DNA from: Candidatus Moraniibacteriota bacterium
GTDB lineage: Bacteria > Patescibacteriota > Minisyncoccia > Moranbacterales > UBA1568
Assembly (NCBI GenBank): GCA_963743885.1
Contig: CAVURJ010000001.1
Span: 76,949 to 140,948 of the forward strand
Direction: 5' to 3'
DNA length: 64,000 nt
Both the position numbers and the translations under genes were made by a program. This document shows, in pieces, positions 30,684-41,395 of the stretch (the first letter of the stretch is position 1; each line of letters begins with the position of its first letter). The notes beneath the pieces were generated by a model, which worked only from the letters and a program-made list of their open reading frames with translations, was not told the origin of the DNA and did no database searches.

Positions 30684-31940
30684 ATGACCCGTCCGCTCCG
30701 CATCACCATAGAAACCCTCATTCTCTCAGGATTCTTCCTACTCCCCTTCGCGCGCCTCAAGCTGACCCTCTTCGGACTGCCGCTCTACGCGCTCGAGATA
30801 CCAGTCCTCATCGCCGCAGCCATCTTTCTCTTAGGCATCATTCGGAAACGAGCCGTGCCCTACCTGCCGCTCTTCTCAGATACTATCCTCACGGCCGGCA
30901 TTATCCTCTTCGCCTCCGGTGCCGCGCTCTCGTTCGCAGCCAATCCATTCTCGGAGACTGGTCTCGGCCTCATCAAAAGCTGGGTGTGTTTCCCAATCGC
31001 TGCTGCCGCGCTCTGGACCGCCGCAAGAGGCCGCACTGACCGACTCTTCTCTGCTTGGTTCATAGCGATCTCCGGCATCGCGATCTCCTCTCTCGTCTAC
31101 CTCTCACTCCATATCCTCACCTTCGATGGCCGGCTCGAAGCCTGGTACACATCGCCCAACTTTCTCGCGGCCATGCTCACTCCAGGCCTCCTGATCGGCA
31201 CACACCTTCTCATCTCGCTCCTCGCCGAGGAGAAGCGGTGCCTTTCTCTCATCGCCGCTACAAGTCTCGCGCTTCCCGCAATCACCGTCGCACTCTTCTT
31301 CACGCGCTCCTATGGCGCTTGGGTCGCAGCTACGATCGCGCTCGCAGCATACCTCCTCTTTGTAGGCATGACGAAAAAACGAATGGCTGCCGTCTTCGCA
31401 ATCGTCCTCTCAGCCATCGCTGTCTTCACGCTCTCCGAGTACGATAGCGAAAAATGGCAATCGCTCGTCTCTCTCAATGAACGCTCATCACTCTCATCAC
31501 GGCTCATAATCTGGCGATCAGCCACCAAGATGATCAGCGATCAGCCGCTCCTCGGTATCGGTATCGGCCGCTTCCAAGAAGAGTACCTCGCCTACCAGCA
31601 GTACTTCCCGCCATATCTCGAATGGGCGGTACCGGAACCGCACAACTTCTTCCTCGCACTCTGGCTGAATACTGGGTTCATCGGACTCATCGGGTTCATC
31701 CTCATACTCATCCGCTCCGCCTGGATCCTCCTCCGTCAGCCACTGCCAGAAAACAAAAAGATGAGCCGCCGGCTCATCCTGTGTCTCTTCGTATTCTTCC
31801 TCGCTTACGGCCTCTCTGATACTCCCTATTTCGGCAACGATCTTTCCTTTGTTTTCTGGATGCTTATCGCATCCGGCATCGGTCTCGTCTCAATGACTAC
31901 AGATCGACCCGATACAGGCGATGTGTCTGGCGATCAGTGA
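30684..31940 (+). CDS. O-antigen ligase/Wzy-like membrane protein
   Basis: SPNFLA, TRSYGA, RLIIW, GIGIGRF, EPHNFFL. Confidence 0.88.
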   Translation: MTRPLRITIETLILSGFFLLPFARLKLTLFGLPLYALEIPVLIAAAIFLLGIIRKRAVPYLPLFSDTILTAGIILFASGAALSFAANPFSETGLGLIKSWVCFPIAAAALWTAARGRTDRLFSAWFIAISGIAISSLVYLSLHILTFDGRLEAWYTSPNFLAAMLTPGLLIGTHLLISLLAEEKRCLSLIAATSLALPAITVALFFTRSYGAWVAATIALAAYLLFVGMTKKRMAAVFAIVLSAIAVFTLSEYDSEKWQSLVSLNERSSLSSRLIIWRSATKMISDQPLLGIGIGRFQEEYLAYQQYFPPYLEWAVPEPHNFFLALWLNTGFIGLIGFILILIRSAWILLRQPLPENKKMSRRLILCLFVFFLAYGLSDTPYFGNDLSFVFWMLIASGIGLVSMTTDRPDTGDVSGDQ

Positions 31941-33033
31941 AAAAGAGCTCTCGCTCATCACGACCAAGAAAAAGGTCCGCACTATCAAAGCTGGCTGTCA
32001 CATCAGCAAGATCGACAAGCCGGGTCTTCCTCCCAGTCTCGATGTCCATCTTCCAAAACGTATCTTTTGTCGGCAATAACTTTCCGAAATAATCATTTGG
32101 CAAGACCGCTGTCTCTGGAAGCGACCCAGGGAGGGCATAATAAATCGTCCTGTTATCAGCGGACCAGACCACTTTCGAAACAAGCGTCGGTAAGAAAAGA
32201 TCACGAAACTGTCCTCCATTCCTATTCATGATACCCAGCGTAAGCGAATGCCCGCCCTTCTCGCTGCTTGCGGACACCAATACATGCTCGCCATCCGGCG
32301 ACCAGAGATAATCCGCGCCAAAATTACTCGTAAACAAAGCTTTTCGCGCATCCCCAGAAATGCCCGATGTCTCCAAAAATGTCTGGTCGAATGCATTCGG
32401 CTTATTCCAGAATGAGACTAACGAGCTCTGCGGGACAGAAGCGATAAATGAATCTTTTTCAAGCTTAGAAAGTTTCTTCCAGTCCGATCCATCAGGATTA
32501 GACATATTAAGAGATTTTGCTGCAGTCACTGATTCGACATACTGATAGAAAATCTTGTCACCAAGGTTATTCCACGCAACCCTAGCTACTCCTGGTTTGA
32601 GCGCAACAAGCGATCTCGTCGCAAGATCCGCATAATGCCAGACAAACGCGCCATCCAGCTGCCTAATATGCAAAAGTGCGCGAGCGCGTTTCGGCGACCA
32701 AATAACCTGATCCGGGGTGCCAGGCATATCGCTCATAAGCACCTCTTTATCCTTCCCATCAAAAGTAGCTCGCTTGATGGAGTGATCATCAAGCGAATAG
32801 TAGTACAGCTTATCATCAGGACCCGATACAGCGCCAATCACATCTTCATTCACCGGATTCTCAAAACGCCCCACCTCAGGAATCACATCTTCTATAATCA
32901 TTTCCGCTGCCTGCTTCTCTTCCGGCGCAGCAACAGGACTGTTCACGTTATGTCTGAACGCGACGTTATATGCACCCAAAAAAATAAGCACGAGCACTAA
33001 CAGCCCAAGAGACGTATAGAAAATCCGTTTCAT
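31897..33033 (-). CDS. Membrane-anchored beta-propeller (TolB-like) protein
   Basis: N-terminal TM; repeated WSP/WSA motifs. Confidence 0.75.
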   Translation of the reverse strand: MKRIFYTSLGLLVLVLIFLGAYNVAFRHNVNSPVAAPEEKQAAEMIIEDVIPEVGRFENPVNEDVIGAVSGPDDKLYYYSLDDHSIKRATFDGKDKEVLMSDMPGTPDQVIWSPKRARALLHIRQLDGAFVWHYADLATRSLVALKPGVARVAWNNLGDKIFYQYVESVTAAKSLNMSNPDGSDWKKLSKLEKDSFIASVPQSSLVSFWNKPNAFDQTFLETSGISGDARKALFTSNFGADYLWSPDGEHVLVSASSEKGGHSLTLGIMNRNGGQFRDLFLPTLVSKVVWSADNRTIYYALPGSLPETAVLPNDYFGKLLPTKDTFWKMDIETGRKTRLVDLADVTASFDSADLFLGRDERELFFTDRQTHRLYRVDL

Positions 33034-33051
33034 ATCAGGCAGTTATCGATC

Positions 33052-34257
33052 TCATTTCGAGCAACAGCTTGTCTGGGCGCTAACATGGATATGCGGCCAA
33101 GACGAGGAAGATTCATCATTCACCCTACCACCGCATGAAGCCGCAGCCGACATAACTGCCTTGGCAATGCTCATATCAATAGTGCCGCTCGCACTCTTTA
33201 TACTGAAATCAGCCGCTTGTGATTTTTGACACTCGTCAGACGTACGACTAGCGCCGCCACCATAATGACAAGACCCTTCAGCATGCGCACACTTCGGATC
33301 AGTCCATGAATTCTTACATGTCAGAAACCCGGCGCTATCAGAAATACTTGTGATCTTCGCGCTGGGATACTTGCCATGCATGCACGACAAAACGTCAGAA
33401 AGCGCAGGTGATGCATCGCTGCATTGATCGGAAGATATATCTTTTACACTATATCCGCCACACGTTCCCGGTATTCCGGTCCCCGATGCCACGGGAGCAC
33501 TTGCAGGAATGCTCATTTCGACCGGCGTGACGGAAAGACCGTTTAATGTCACATTGACCAGGTCCGGGTTGATAACATTCAAGATAAGCCATGATGTAAT
33601 TGCGATAACAAGGCCGATGAGCGAATCAAAAATGACGCTTTTTGCCGACCCCATAGCCGAAGTATTGCCGGCGCTCGTCAAGTACATGAAACCGCCGATC
33701 GAAAGCATAAGTACCGCGGAGAGCGTCACGATGATGAGCGCCGCCTTATAGATCGCTTCGATATACGTCTTCAAATCGCTCCCGGCACTTTCTCCGCCAG
33801 GAATCTTCTCGAGCAAGACATATTCCGATGGCGAAAGCGATGATCCGGATACGGCTGCTCCGCCAGATGAGGCTGCTCCGCCAGATGAGGCCATGCTACA
33901 ACAACTAAAGCCTGCGACATCGCTACAGATACCCATGAAGGAAGACCCTATGCTCGAACAGCTCCGGTTGGTGCAAAATCCGCTAGACGAATCGCAATCG
34001 CTCTTCGTATACTGAGGAAGATCTTTTTTTGGAACACAGCATTTGTTGGTTTTCGTAAAGACAGCATCCGAGCATTTTCCCTTATCGATCTCATCGCTCT
34101 CGCAGGCATTCCCGTACCAAGGCTCGTCCTTGCATATCCCCTTGAGGTCAGACACACACTGGGCACTTGTCACATCCGCCGATGCTGAAACAGGAAAGGA
34201 CGCCAACAGTACCGAAAGTACAGAAAAAGTCGCGACAAAAATGCTATTTTGTTTCAT
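33052..34257 (-). CDS. Pilin-like membrane protein with N-terminal Cys-rich repeats and C-terminal putative Zn-peptidase-like domain
   Basis: GGFMYLTSAGN..AK..I..SLIGL..SWLILNVINPDL (TrbC/VirB2-like); two C..CC repeats; CHYGG..AADF..HIHVS. Confidence 0.75.
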   Translation of the reverse strand: MKQNSIFVATFSVLSVLLASFPVSASADVTSAQCVSDLKGICKDEPWYGNACESDEIDKGKCSDAVFTKTNKCCVPKKDLPQYTKSDCDSSSGFCTNRSCSSIGSSFMGICSDVAGFSCCSMASSGGAASSGGAAVSGSSLSPSEYVLLEKIPGGESAGSDLKTYIEAIYKAALIIVTLSAVLMLSIGGFMYLTSAGNTSAMGSAKSVIFDSLIGLVIAITSWLILNVINPDLVNVTLNGLSVTPVEMSIPASAPVASGTGIPGTCGGYSVKDISSDQCSDASPALSDVLSCMHGKYPSAKITSISDSAGFLTCKNSWTDPKCAHAEGSCHYGGGASRTSDECQKSQAADFSIKSASGTIDMSIAKAVMSAAASCGGRVNDESSSSWPHIHVSAQTSCCSK

Positions 34258-34350
34258 ATGTGAAATCATTTTTATTTATTATACCACAGAAACTCATGGC
34301 AAGAAAAAGACCCCTCCTTAACGGAGAAGTCTTCATCTGATGGGATGACC

Positions 34351-35394
34351 TCAAAAGTCCCAGCTGCCATTAAGGCTCGAGGACTGAGTATAGTTGACCA
34401 CGGTCGACTCGAAGAAGTTGCTCTTATCGCCATTGGTATCCTGAATACGCTCGAGATGTTTGTACGGATTCTCGACCGCTTCCGGATAGATCGGGGCAAT
34501 ATTGAGCATCGCCAGGCGATTGTTGGCCAACCAGCGGGTATATTCGCGTGTCGTCTGGCCATTAATACCCGGGATACGATCACCCAAGATATGATTGGAC
34601 CACTCGATTTCCTGCTTCACGGCCACATCCATCATATCCTTCACAACCTGCTCATCATAGATGTGCGGGAATTCGCGCTTGATCTCGCGGATCAGGTTCG
34701 CAAAGATAGTGATATGCGTCAGCTCATCGCGGCGGATGTACGAGATCATGCGGCCGGTCGCGAGCATCTTCATGTGGTCAGTCAGCGTATCGAAGAACGC
34801 GAAGCCGTTGTAGAAGTAGACCGACTCAAGAAGGAAGTTCGCCACGATGCCACGGAAAAACTTGGCATCAGACGGATCTTCGAGGAAATCCTGGTACAGC
34901 TGGCCGATATACTGGTTGCGATCGAGGAGTGTCTTGTCCGTCCGCCAGAAATAGTAGATCTCATCGCGCTCCTTGCTATCCACCACCGACTCAAGGATGG
35001 TCGCATATGACTGCGAATGGATCGCCTCCTGATAGGTCTGGATTGAGAGGATGAGATTGACCTCCGGCGACGTCACGAAATCGGAGAAGTGCGGGAGATT
35101 CACGGTCTGGATCGAATCGAGAAAGATGAGGAATGAGAGAATACCCTTATAGGCACGTTGTTCTTCCTCTGTCAGATCCGTATGGAACATACGGGCGTCA
35201 TCCTTGAGGCCTGACACCTTCTCCGGCACCCAGAAGTTGCCAATCATTACCTGATAGAGCGACTTCGCCCAAGGATACTTAACGGCATTCAGATTGAAGA
35301 GGCCGGTCGTCTGGCCTTTGATGATAGTCCGCACCTCAACCAGGTCGTTGCCGTCCGGGTTGAAGATCTGATTCTGCTGCATTTTTTCGGTCAT
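34351..35394 (-). CDS. nrdB: Class I ribonucleotide reductase beta subunit
   Basis: NFWVPE, LDSIQ, EAIHSQSY, LESVYFY, RDELTH. Confidence 0.95.
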   Translation of the reverse strand: MTEKMQQNQIFNPDGNDLVEVRTIIKGQTTGLFNLNAVKYPWAKSLYQVMIGNFWVPEKVSGLKDDARMFHTDLTEEEQRAYKGILSFLIFLDSIQTVNLPHFSDFVTSPEVNLILSIQTYQEAIHSQSYATILESVVDSKERDEIYYFWRTDKTLLDRNQYIGQLYQDFLEDPSDAKFFRGIVANFLLESVYFYNGFAFFDTLTDHMKMLATGRMISYIRRDELTHITIFANLIREIKREFPHIYDEQVVKDMMDVAVKQEIEWSNHILGDRIPGINGQTTREYTRWLANNRLAMLNIAPIYPEAVENPYKHLERIQDTNGDKSNFFESTVVNYTQSSSLNGSWDF

Positions 35395-35490
35395 ATGATT
35401 TTTGACTTACGACTTACAACTCACGACATACGACCGGATACTTCTGAGCATTCCATTGTCAGTCGTTGGTCATTGGTCGTCAGTTCAGTC

Positions 35491-38106
35491 TTATCCGCTG
35501 CAGCTCACGCATCCGTCCTTCACTTCTCCCGAGAGACTGCGCACATAGTAGACGGTCTTGATCTCCTGTTCCCACGCCTTCACGTAGTAGCCGTAGAGCT
35601 GGGCCGGGCTGACGCGTGCCGGGTCGATCATCCATTCGAACGACACCGACTGGTCGATCCACTTGTAGATGACTGCCATCATATCGATGACGTCATTCAT
35701 ATCCATGTTGATGTACTCCTTGTAGTACCAGAAGTTGTCTTTGGAAAGCTTCGGCGCCACACGGATGGTCGGAGCAGACAAATTGGTCTCGACGAAGTAG
35801 CGCTTGTAGATCGGGAGGAGCGCCGCTGTCGTACCGACCACACCGGCTGTCGAGGTATTCGGCGCCGGAGCGGTATGGTAGGCGAAGCGTACGCCGGAAA
35901 GCTTCATGTCCGCGAAAAGCTGCTTCCATTCATCAGCATGGCCAGTCTTCTCGACGAACCATTGCTCATCACGGCCGAGGAGCACTCCCTTGGAATACTC
36001 GCTGCCATCATAGAGCGGATACTGGCCGCGCTCCTTCGCGAGGTCAACCGATGCCCGATAGGTGTGATAGGCGTAGCGCTCGAAGAGCTTGTCGGTCTCC
36101 TGGCGCGCCTCCTCGCTATCGTAGGCGATGTGCCGCGTCGCGAGATACTCGGCGAGACCGAGGTATCCGAGACCGACGCTCCGATACCGCATCGCGGTCC
36201 GCTCGGCTTCCTTGATCGGATAGTAGTTGAGGGTGATGACGTTATCAAGCACACGCATGACCACCGGGAACACCTCAGCGATCGTCGCATCATCATTGAC
36301 CGACGCCACATTGATGGAAGCCAGGTTGCAGACCACAAGGTCGCCCGGCTCATAGCGGATCACGATCTTCCCATCCTCGATTACTTCTTCAAGGAAGCGT
36401 GATGGGGTCGTATTCTGACAGATCTCAGTGCAGAGCTGCGTAGAATAGATGTTGCCGGCATGCTTGTTCGGGTTGAGACGATTCACCGTATCGCGATAAA
36501 AGACATACGGCATACCCGTCTCGACAGCGCTCTTCAAAAACTTCTTGAAGAGCTCCTTGGTCTCGACGACCTTCTTCATCGAGAGGCGTTCATCGCGCTC
36601 GAGCTCCTCATAAAAGACATCAAAGTCCTTGCCGAAATGATCCTGGAGATTCTTACCGTAAAGATTTTTCACCTCATTCGGATCAAACAGTGTCCAGCTG
36701 CCGCCCTCTTTCAAACGACGCATAAAGATGTCTGGGATCGACACTGCTGGGAAGATATCAAACGCCTTGGAACGAATATCGCCCGTCTCCGTCTGCAGAT
36801 CGAGAAAGTCGTAGATATCGAGATGCCAGAAATCGAGCGTGACCGAGATAGCGCCGAGCCGGCTCCCCAGCTGGTTCACCGCGACTGCCGTGTCATTGAT
36901 GACCTTAACCCATGGGTTCACGCCACCACTCATCCCCTTCACGCCACGGATCGCTCCGCCACGGGCGCGGATGTTGCCGAGATACACGCCGACGCCACCG
37001 CCAAACTTTGAGATCTGCGCCATGTTCTCGACCGCATGATAGATGCCGCGGAGATCATCATCGACATTAATCTTGAAGCAGCTCGAGAGCTGATTGTAGT
37101 TGGTGCGCGCATTGAGAAGTGTCGGGGTCGGAAGCGAGATGCGCTGCTTCGAGCAATGCTCGTAGATCTTGAGCGCGAGCGCGAGACGGTTCTCCTGTTC
37201 CTCCGGGATGGCAAGAAAAAGTGCGACCGACATATACATCTCCTGCGGAAGTTCGCGGGTCTCCTTGTTCGGGTTGAGGAGATAGCGCTTGATGAAAGAA
37301 ACGATGGTCGTATACTCGTATCCCTCATCGGTCTTCTTCGAGAGATGCTTACCCGCCTCGAGGATATCCTCCGCGGAGTAATACTTGTAGAAGTCCTTAT
37401 AGTAGAGTCCGCGCGCGATATAGTCATCGAAGAGCGCCTTGTACGCTTCCGGTGTGTAAATATCATCCTGCGTCAGGCCACGATTCTTGATAGCATGCTT
37501 GTAGAGGTTGCCGAGCAGGATACGGGCCGCCACATTCTGCCAGGCGATGTTCTCCACCGAGACGAGGTCAATGCAAGTCTTCACCAAAAGCTTGTTGATG
37601 TCCGACGTCTTGATATCATCGACGATGTTCTTCTTGAACGCCTCAATCATCTGGTCGAATGGGCACTCTTTCTCATAGCCCTTAGCAGCACGATCAAAGA
37701 CCACTCTGATCTTCTTCGAATCAAAGAGTTCCTTCGAGCCATTCGCCTTCGTCACCTTGAGAGACTTGTTCTCGAACTGCTCGACGATCTTCTCGATTTT
37801 CTCCTCGCGCCGCTCGGTCTGCTTCTCGCGATACAGGATATACGCCTTTGCCACCTCGTAGCGGTCCCACTTCATGAGATGCTTCTCGACGAGGTCCTGG
37901 ACCTCTTCGACGGACGGGATGGATTCTTCCTCTCTCTCCTCGTAGAGATGCATGAGCTCGTGCACGACGTCGTCGGTCAGTCCGGGGATAAACGCCTTGT
38001 CGAGATCGCCGACCGCATCGCACGCGGATGCGATAGCGCTCTCGATACGCGACCGATCAAACTTCACCACTTCTCCGTCCCGACGCTTCACCTGTGAAAA
38101 AGTCAT
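35491..38106 (-). CDS. nrdA: Class I ribonucleotide reductase alpha subunit with tandem ATP-cones
   Basis: VKRRDG and VTKANG cones, PTPTL, QLSSCF, QLCTEI, CNLAS, KTVYY, CVSC. Confidence 0.95.
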   Translation of the reverse strand: MTFSQVKRRDGEVVKFDRSRIESAIASACDAVGDLDKAFIPGLTDDVVHELMHLYEEREEESIPSVEEVQDLVEKHLMKWDRYEVAKAYILYREKQTERREEKIEKIVEQFENKSLKVTKANGSKELFDSKKIRVVFDRAAKGYEKECPFDQMIEAFKKNIVDDIKTSDINKLLVKTCIDLVSVENIAWQNVAARILLGNLYKHAIKNRGLTQDDIYTPEAYKALFDDYIARGLYYKDFYKYYSAEDILEAGKHLSKKTDEGYEYTTIVSFIKRYLLNPNKETRELPQEMYMSVALFLAIPEEQENRLALALKIYEHCSKQRISLPTPTLLNARTNYNQLSSCFKINVDDDLRGIYHAVENMAQISKFGGGVGVYLGNIRARGGAIRGVKGMSGGVNPWVKVINDTAVAVNQLGSRLGAISVTLDFWHLDIYDFLDLQTETGDIRSKAFDIFPAVSIPDIFMRRLKEGGSWTLFDPNEVKNLYGKNLQDHFGKDFDVFYEELERDERLSMKKVVETKELFKKFLKSAVETGMPYVFYRDTVNRLNPNKHAGNIYSTQLCTEICQNTTPSRFLEEVIEDGKIVIRYEPGDLVVCNLASINVASVNDDATIAEVFPVVMRVLDNVITLNYYPIKEAERTAMRYRSVGLGYLGLAEYLATRHIAYDSEEARQETDKLFERYAYHTYRASVDLAKERGQYPLYDGSEYSKGVLLGRDEQWFVEKTGHADEWKQLFADMKLSGVRFAYHTAPAPNTSTAGVVGTTAALLPIYKRYFVETNLSAPTIRVAPKLSKDNFWYYKEYINMDMNDVIDMMAVIYKWIDQSVSFEWMIDPARVSPAQLYGYYVKAWEQEIKTVYYVRSLSGEVKDGCVSCSG

Positions 38107-38205
38107 ACTCGTTGCGGCCCACCGACAGCGAAAAGAAGACAACCGAAGCCTCCCCGAAAGCCTCGACCCCTGATCGCTATAAGCAACCTGTTACTTTAAT
38201 ATGTT

Positions 38206-38772
38206 TTATAGAAACCGCCGCTCCACCGCCCTCCAGTCGATTGAACGGAAAAACACTTCGATATACTCAGCTCTCTTGATTCCATAATCAGTCACGTACG
38301 CATGCTCGAACACATCCATCACGAGAAGCGGCGTTGCACCTGCGAGATGCCCCATGTCATGCTCATTGATCCAAACATTGAAGAGCCGCTCACCATCTTT
38401 GACGAGCATGACCCATCCGATGCCGCGCATGATTCCGGCCATCCGAAAATCTTCCTGCCATGCTTCCATGCTTCCGAATCGTTCCACTATCGCTTCCGTA
38501 ACTGCCGGCGCCATATCGGGCCCGGCCGATTCCTTCGTCAGGTTGTCAAAATAGAACTCATGAAGACGCATGCCATTCCACTCCCATCCGAAACGTCTCC
38601 GAAGCTCGGCGCCTTCCGGCATACCCGGCTCGATAACCTTCGAACGCTCCCCGATCAGATTCACATTCTTCACATATCCTTCGTAGAGCGCGAAGTGATT
38701 TGAGAGCAGCGTATCCGAAAATCCTTCGAGGCCGAGAAGATGCTTGTAATCCTTTGGCGTATACGCGGCCAT
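38206..38772 (-). CDS. Fe/Mn superoxide dismutase family protein
   Basis: NHFALYEGYV, LHEFYF, GIGWV, DVFEHAY. Confidence 0.9.
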   Translation of the reverse strand: MAAYTPKDYKHLLGLEGFSDTLLSNHFALYEGYVKNVNLIGERSKVIEPGMPEGAELRRRFGWEWNGMRLHEFYFDNLTKESAGPDMAPAVTEAIVERFGSMEAWQEDFRMAGIMRGIGWVMLVKDGERLFNVWINEHDMGHLAGATPLLVMDVFEHAYVTDYGIKRAEYIEVFFRSIDWRAVERRFL

Positions 38773-38783
38773 AGGTATGTGTG

Positions 38784-39404
38784 TTAGATTTTTCCTACGA
38801 GATCGATGCCCGGCTTGAGCGTCTTCTCGCCCGGATGCCACTTGGCTGGGCAGACCTCGCCGCCATGCTCACGAACGAACTGGGCAGCCTCGATCTTCCG
38901 GATAAGCTCCTTCGCATCGCGGCCGATATTGTTGGCGTGCACTTCGAATGCCTGCAGTACTCCGTCCGGATCAATCACAAACGTCCCACGTCGTGCCAAC
39001 CCGCGATCGCCACCCTCTTCAATATAGACACCGAAATACTGCGCAAGCTCTCCAGCCGGATCAGCGACCATCGGATAGGCGATCTTCTTGATCGCTGCGG
39101 AGTGATCATGCCATGCCTTGTGCGCGAAGCGTGTATCCGTGCTCACCGAGAAGATCTCTACGCCGAGCTCCTGAAACTTCGCATAATGATCAGCGAGATC
39201 CTCGAGTTCTGTTGGGCAGACAAATGTGAAGTCCGCTGGATAGAAGAAGAATACCGCCCACTTCCCCTTGAAATCAGAGAGGTGCGCCTGACTGAACGTC
39301 TCGTCCTTATAGATGTCGAGCTCGAAGTCTGGAACCGTCTGGCCGATCACCGGAGACACGCCAAATGTGGAGCATCCGCCGCAATTGCATTCGTCTTGAT
39401 ACAT
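38784..39404 (-). CDS. ahpC: 2-Cys peroxiredoxin
   Basis: [13 protein letters not shown] and VCPAKW. Confidence 0.95.
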   Translation of the reverse strand: MYQDECNCGGCSTFGVSPVIGQTVPDFELDIYKDETFSQAHLSDFKGKWAVFFFYPADFTFVCPTELEDLADHYAKFQELGVEIFSVSTDTRFAHKAWHDHSAAIKKIAYPMVADPAGELAQYFGVYIEEGGDRGLARRGTFVIDPDGVLQAFEVHANNIGRDAKELIRKIEAAQFVREHGGEVCPAKWHPGEKTLKPGIDLVGKI

Positions 39405-39665
39405 ATGTTTTTCTTTACGATATTACCCGTGGGGTCTCTCCATCATACGCATGGAAAAATACCCTGTCAAACATCCGCTTCTGGAGCGAAGAATCCAATC
39501 AGTTTTTTATGCTCGCATACATTTTTCAACTATATATTGTATGTATGTGTCGAAATGACACACAAGACAGAAAACTTGATAGCATCAGAAAAACAGCCTC
39601 GACAAGTACCCATCGATTTGCATTCGCAGCCAAAATCCTGTACAGAGACTATACAGATATACCCT

Positions 39666-40673
39666 ATGGAAACAACCCCTCTCATCACCGTATCGGTCAA
39701 ACGCAGCGGACAGGACAAACGTTTTGACGCCGCCCTCTTCGCGCTGCTCGAAAAGGAGTTTCCGGGACGGTTTTCCCGATCTTCCGTCGGCAGGGTCATC
39801 CGGGAAGGCCGGGCCTTTCGCAATGGTTCCCTTGCCAAGCCGAGCACGCCCGTCTTCCAGGGTGACATCCTCTCCATCGAGGCGGATACCACATCAGAAG
39901 ACGCTCCGCTCCAGCCGAATACAGATATCCAGACCGTCATCCTCGCTGAAACAGCCGATTATATAGCCATAGACAAGCCAGCTGGCCTCCAGGTCCACCC
40001 AGGAAACCATGATACCGGCGATACGCTCGCGAACTGGATCATCGCCACCTACCCAGAAACAGCCGCTTTCGGAGAAGATCCGCTCCGGCCAGGCATCGTC
40101 CACCGGCTCGACCGCGATACGTCCGGCGTCATGATGATTGCAAAGACAGAAAAAGGCTTTGATGAGCTAAAACACGTCTTCCATGACCGCCTGGCTGAAA
40201 AGACCTATATCGCGCTCGTTTCTGGCCATCTCTCCGAACAATCAGGAACTATCGATCGGGCGCTCGGCCAACGGAGCGGCGAATTGCGCCGCCGGACGGA
40301 TGACGGGACGATTCCGAATGCCCGGCCAGCTCTCACTGATTATCGGGTCATCGCCCGCTATGCCGACTGCGACTTGGTCGCCGCTATGCCAAAAACAGGC
40401 CGCACCCACCAGATCAGAGCCCATATGGCCGCTCTCGGCCACCCCATCATCGGAGATCACCTCTACTCGAACAAGCTTTCACGGCAAAAAGATGTTCTTT
40501 CTGCTCCTCGCCATATGCTCCATGCCTGGCGCCTTTCTTTGCCTCTATTCGGCCAAAAAGTAGCTCTCGAAGCCCCATTGCCAGAGGATTTCCGAAAAGT
40601 GATGAAAAGTATTGACGAAACACGGGAGACAAGCTATGATGACGAGGCCTTAGAAAGCCTGCTTTTGTCCTGA
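39666..40673 (+). CDS. RluA/RluD family pseudouridine synthase
   Basis: S4-like N-terminus, KPAGL, HRLDRDTSG, TGRTHQIR; true start METTPL. Confidence 0.93.
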   Translation: METTPLITVSVKRSGQDKRFDAALFALLEKEFPGRFSRSSVGRVIREGRAFRNGSLAKPSTPVFQGDILSIEADTTSEDAPLQPNTDIQTVILAETADYIAIDKPAGLQVHPGNHDTGDTLANWIIATYPETAAFGEDPLRPGIVHRLDRDTSGVMMIAKTEKGFDELKHVFHDRLAEKTYIALVSGHLSEQSGTIDRALGQRSGELRRRTDDGTIPNARPALTDYRVIARYADCDLVAAMPKTGRTHQIRAHMAALGHPIIGDHLYSNKLSRQKDVLSAPRHMLHAWRLSLPLFGQKVALEAPLPEDFRKVMKSIDETRETSYDDEALESLLLS

Positions 40674-40728
40674 GGCTTTTCTTTTTTTCAGTTTCCAGAT
40701 AGTAGATTATCCTTTTATCAGCGAGAGT

Positions 40729-41190
40729 ATGCACCAGAAGCTCATATCGTTCAACAAGAAGCAGCGTGAACCGATCTCTGTTCCTGATATCCAGGCCGGC
40801 GACGTCGTGAAGATTCACCGCAAGATCAAAGAAGGTGGCAAGGAGCGCACCCAGGTCTTCCAGGGTACCATCATCGCTATCAAGGGTGGCCAGAGCTCTT
40901 CCAAGACCATCACGGTCCGCAAGGTCTCTTCCGGTGTCGGCGTTGAGCTCGTTCTTCCGCTCGCTTCGCAGCAGATTGAGAAGATCGAGTTCGTGAAGCG
41001 CACTCGCGCCCGCCGTGCCAAGCTCTACTTCGTCCGCACCAAGTCCGTGAAGACGCTTTCCAAGAAGCTCAAGGAAGTGGCAGTGAAGGCCGGATTGGTC
41101 GCCGCTCCGGCAGAAGAAGTGATCGAAGAGGCTCCGGTAGCTGCTGAAAAGCCAGTAGTCGAGGAAGTTGTTGAGAAGACCGAGGTCTAG
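40729..41190 (+). CDS. rplS: 50S ribosomal protein L19
   Basis: GDVVKIH, ERTQVFQG, TVRKVSSGVGVE, RRAKLYFVR. Confidence 0.97.
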   Translation: MHQKLISFNKKQREPISVPDIQAGDVVKIHRKIKEGGKERTQVFQGTIIAIKGGQSSSKTITVRKVSSGVGVELVLPLASQQIEKIEFVKRTRARRAKLYFVRTKSVKTLSKKLKEVAVKAGLVAAPAEEVIEEAPVAAEKPVVEEVVEKTEV

Positions 41191-41311
41191 TAATAGAGCC
41201 TCCCACCTGCCCACAAAGGTAGACAGACGGAATTGGTGGTGCAGAAAGCAAGAAATACGGTACAATCAGATTACGATGAGAGAAAATGTCTGAGAAGGCT
41301 CAGACACACCT

Positions 41312-41395
41312 GCCCAGGTGGCGGAATTGGTATACGCGCTAGCTTGAGGTGCTAGTTCTCGCAAGGGATTGGAGGTTCGAGTCCTCTCCTGGGCA
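41312..41395 (+). tRNA. tRNA-Leu(GAG)
   Basis: GCCCAGG/CCTGGGC acceptor, CTAGC-TTGAGGT-GCTAG, long variable arm, GGTTCGAGTCC. Confidence 0.95.

Noticed and set aside
38781-39665. Apparent 295-aa N-terminal extension of the pseudouridine synthase
   Set aside because: Overlaps ahpC antisense; real start is near 39666.
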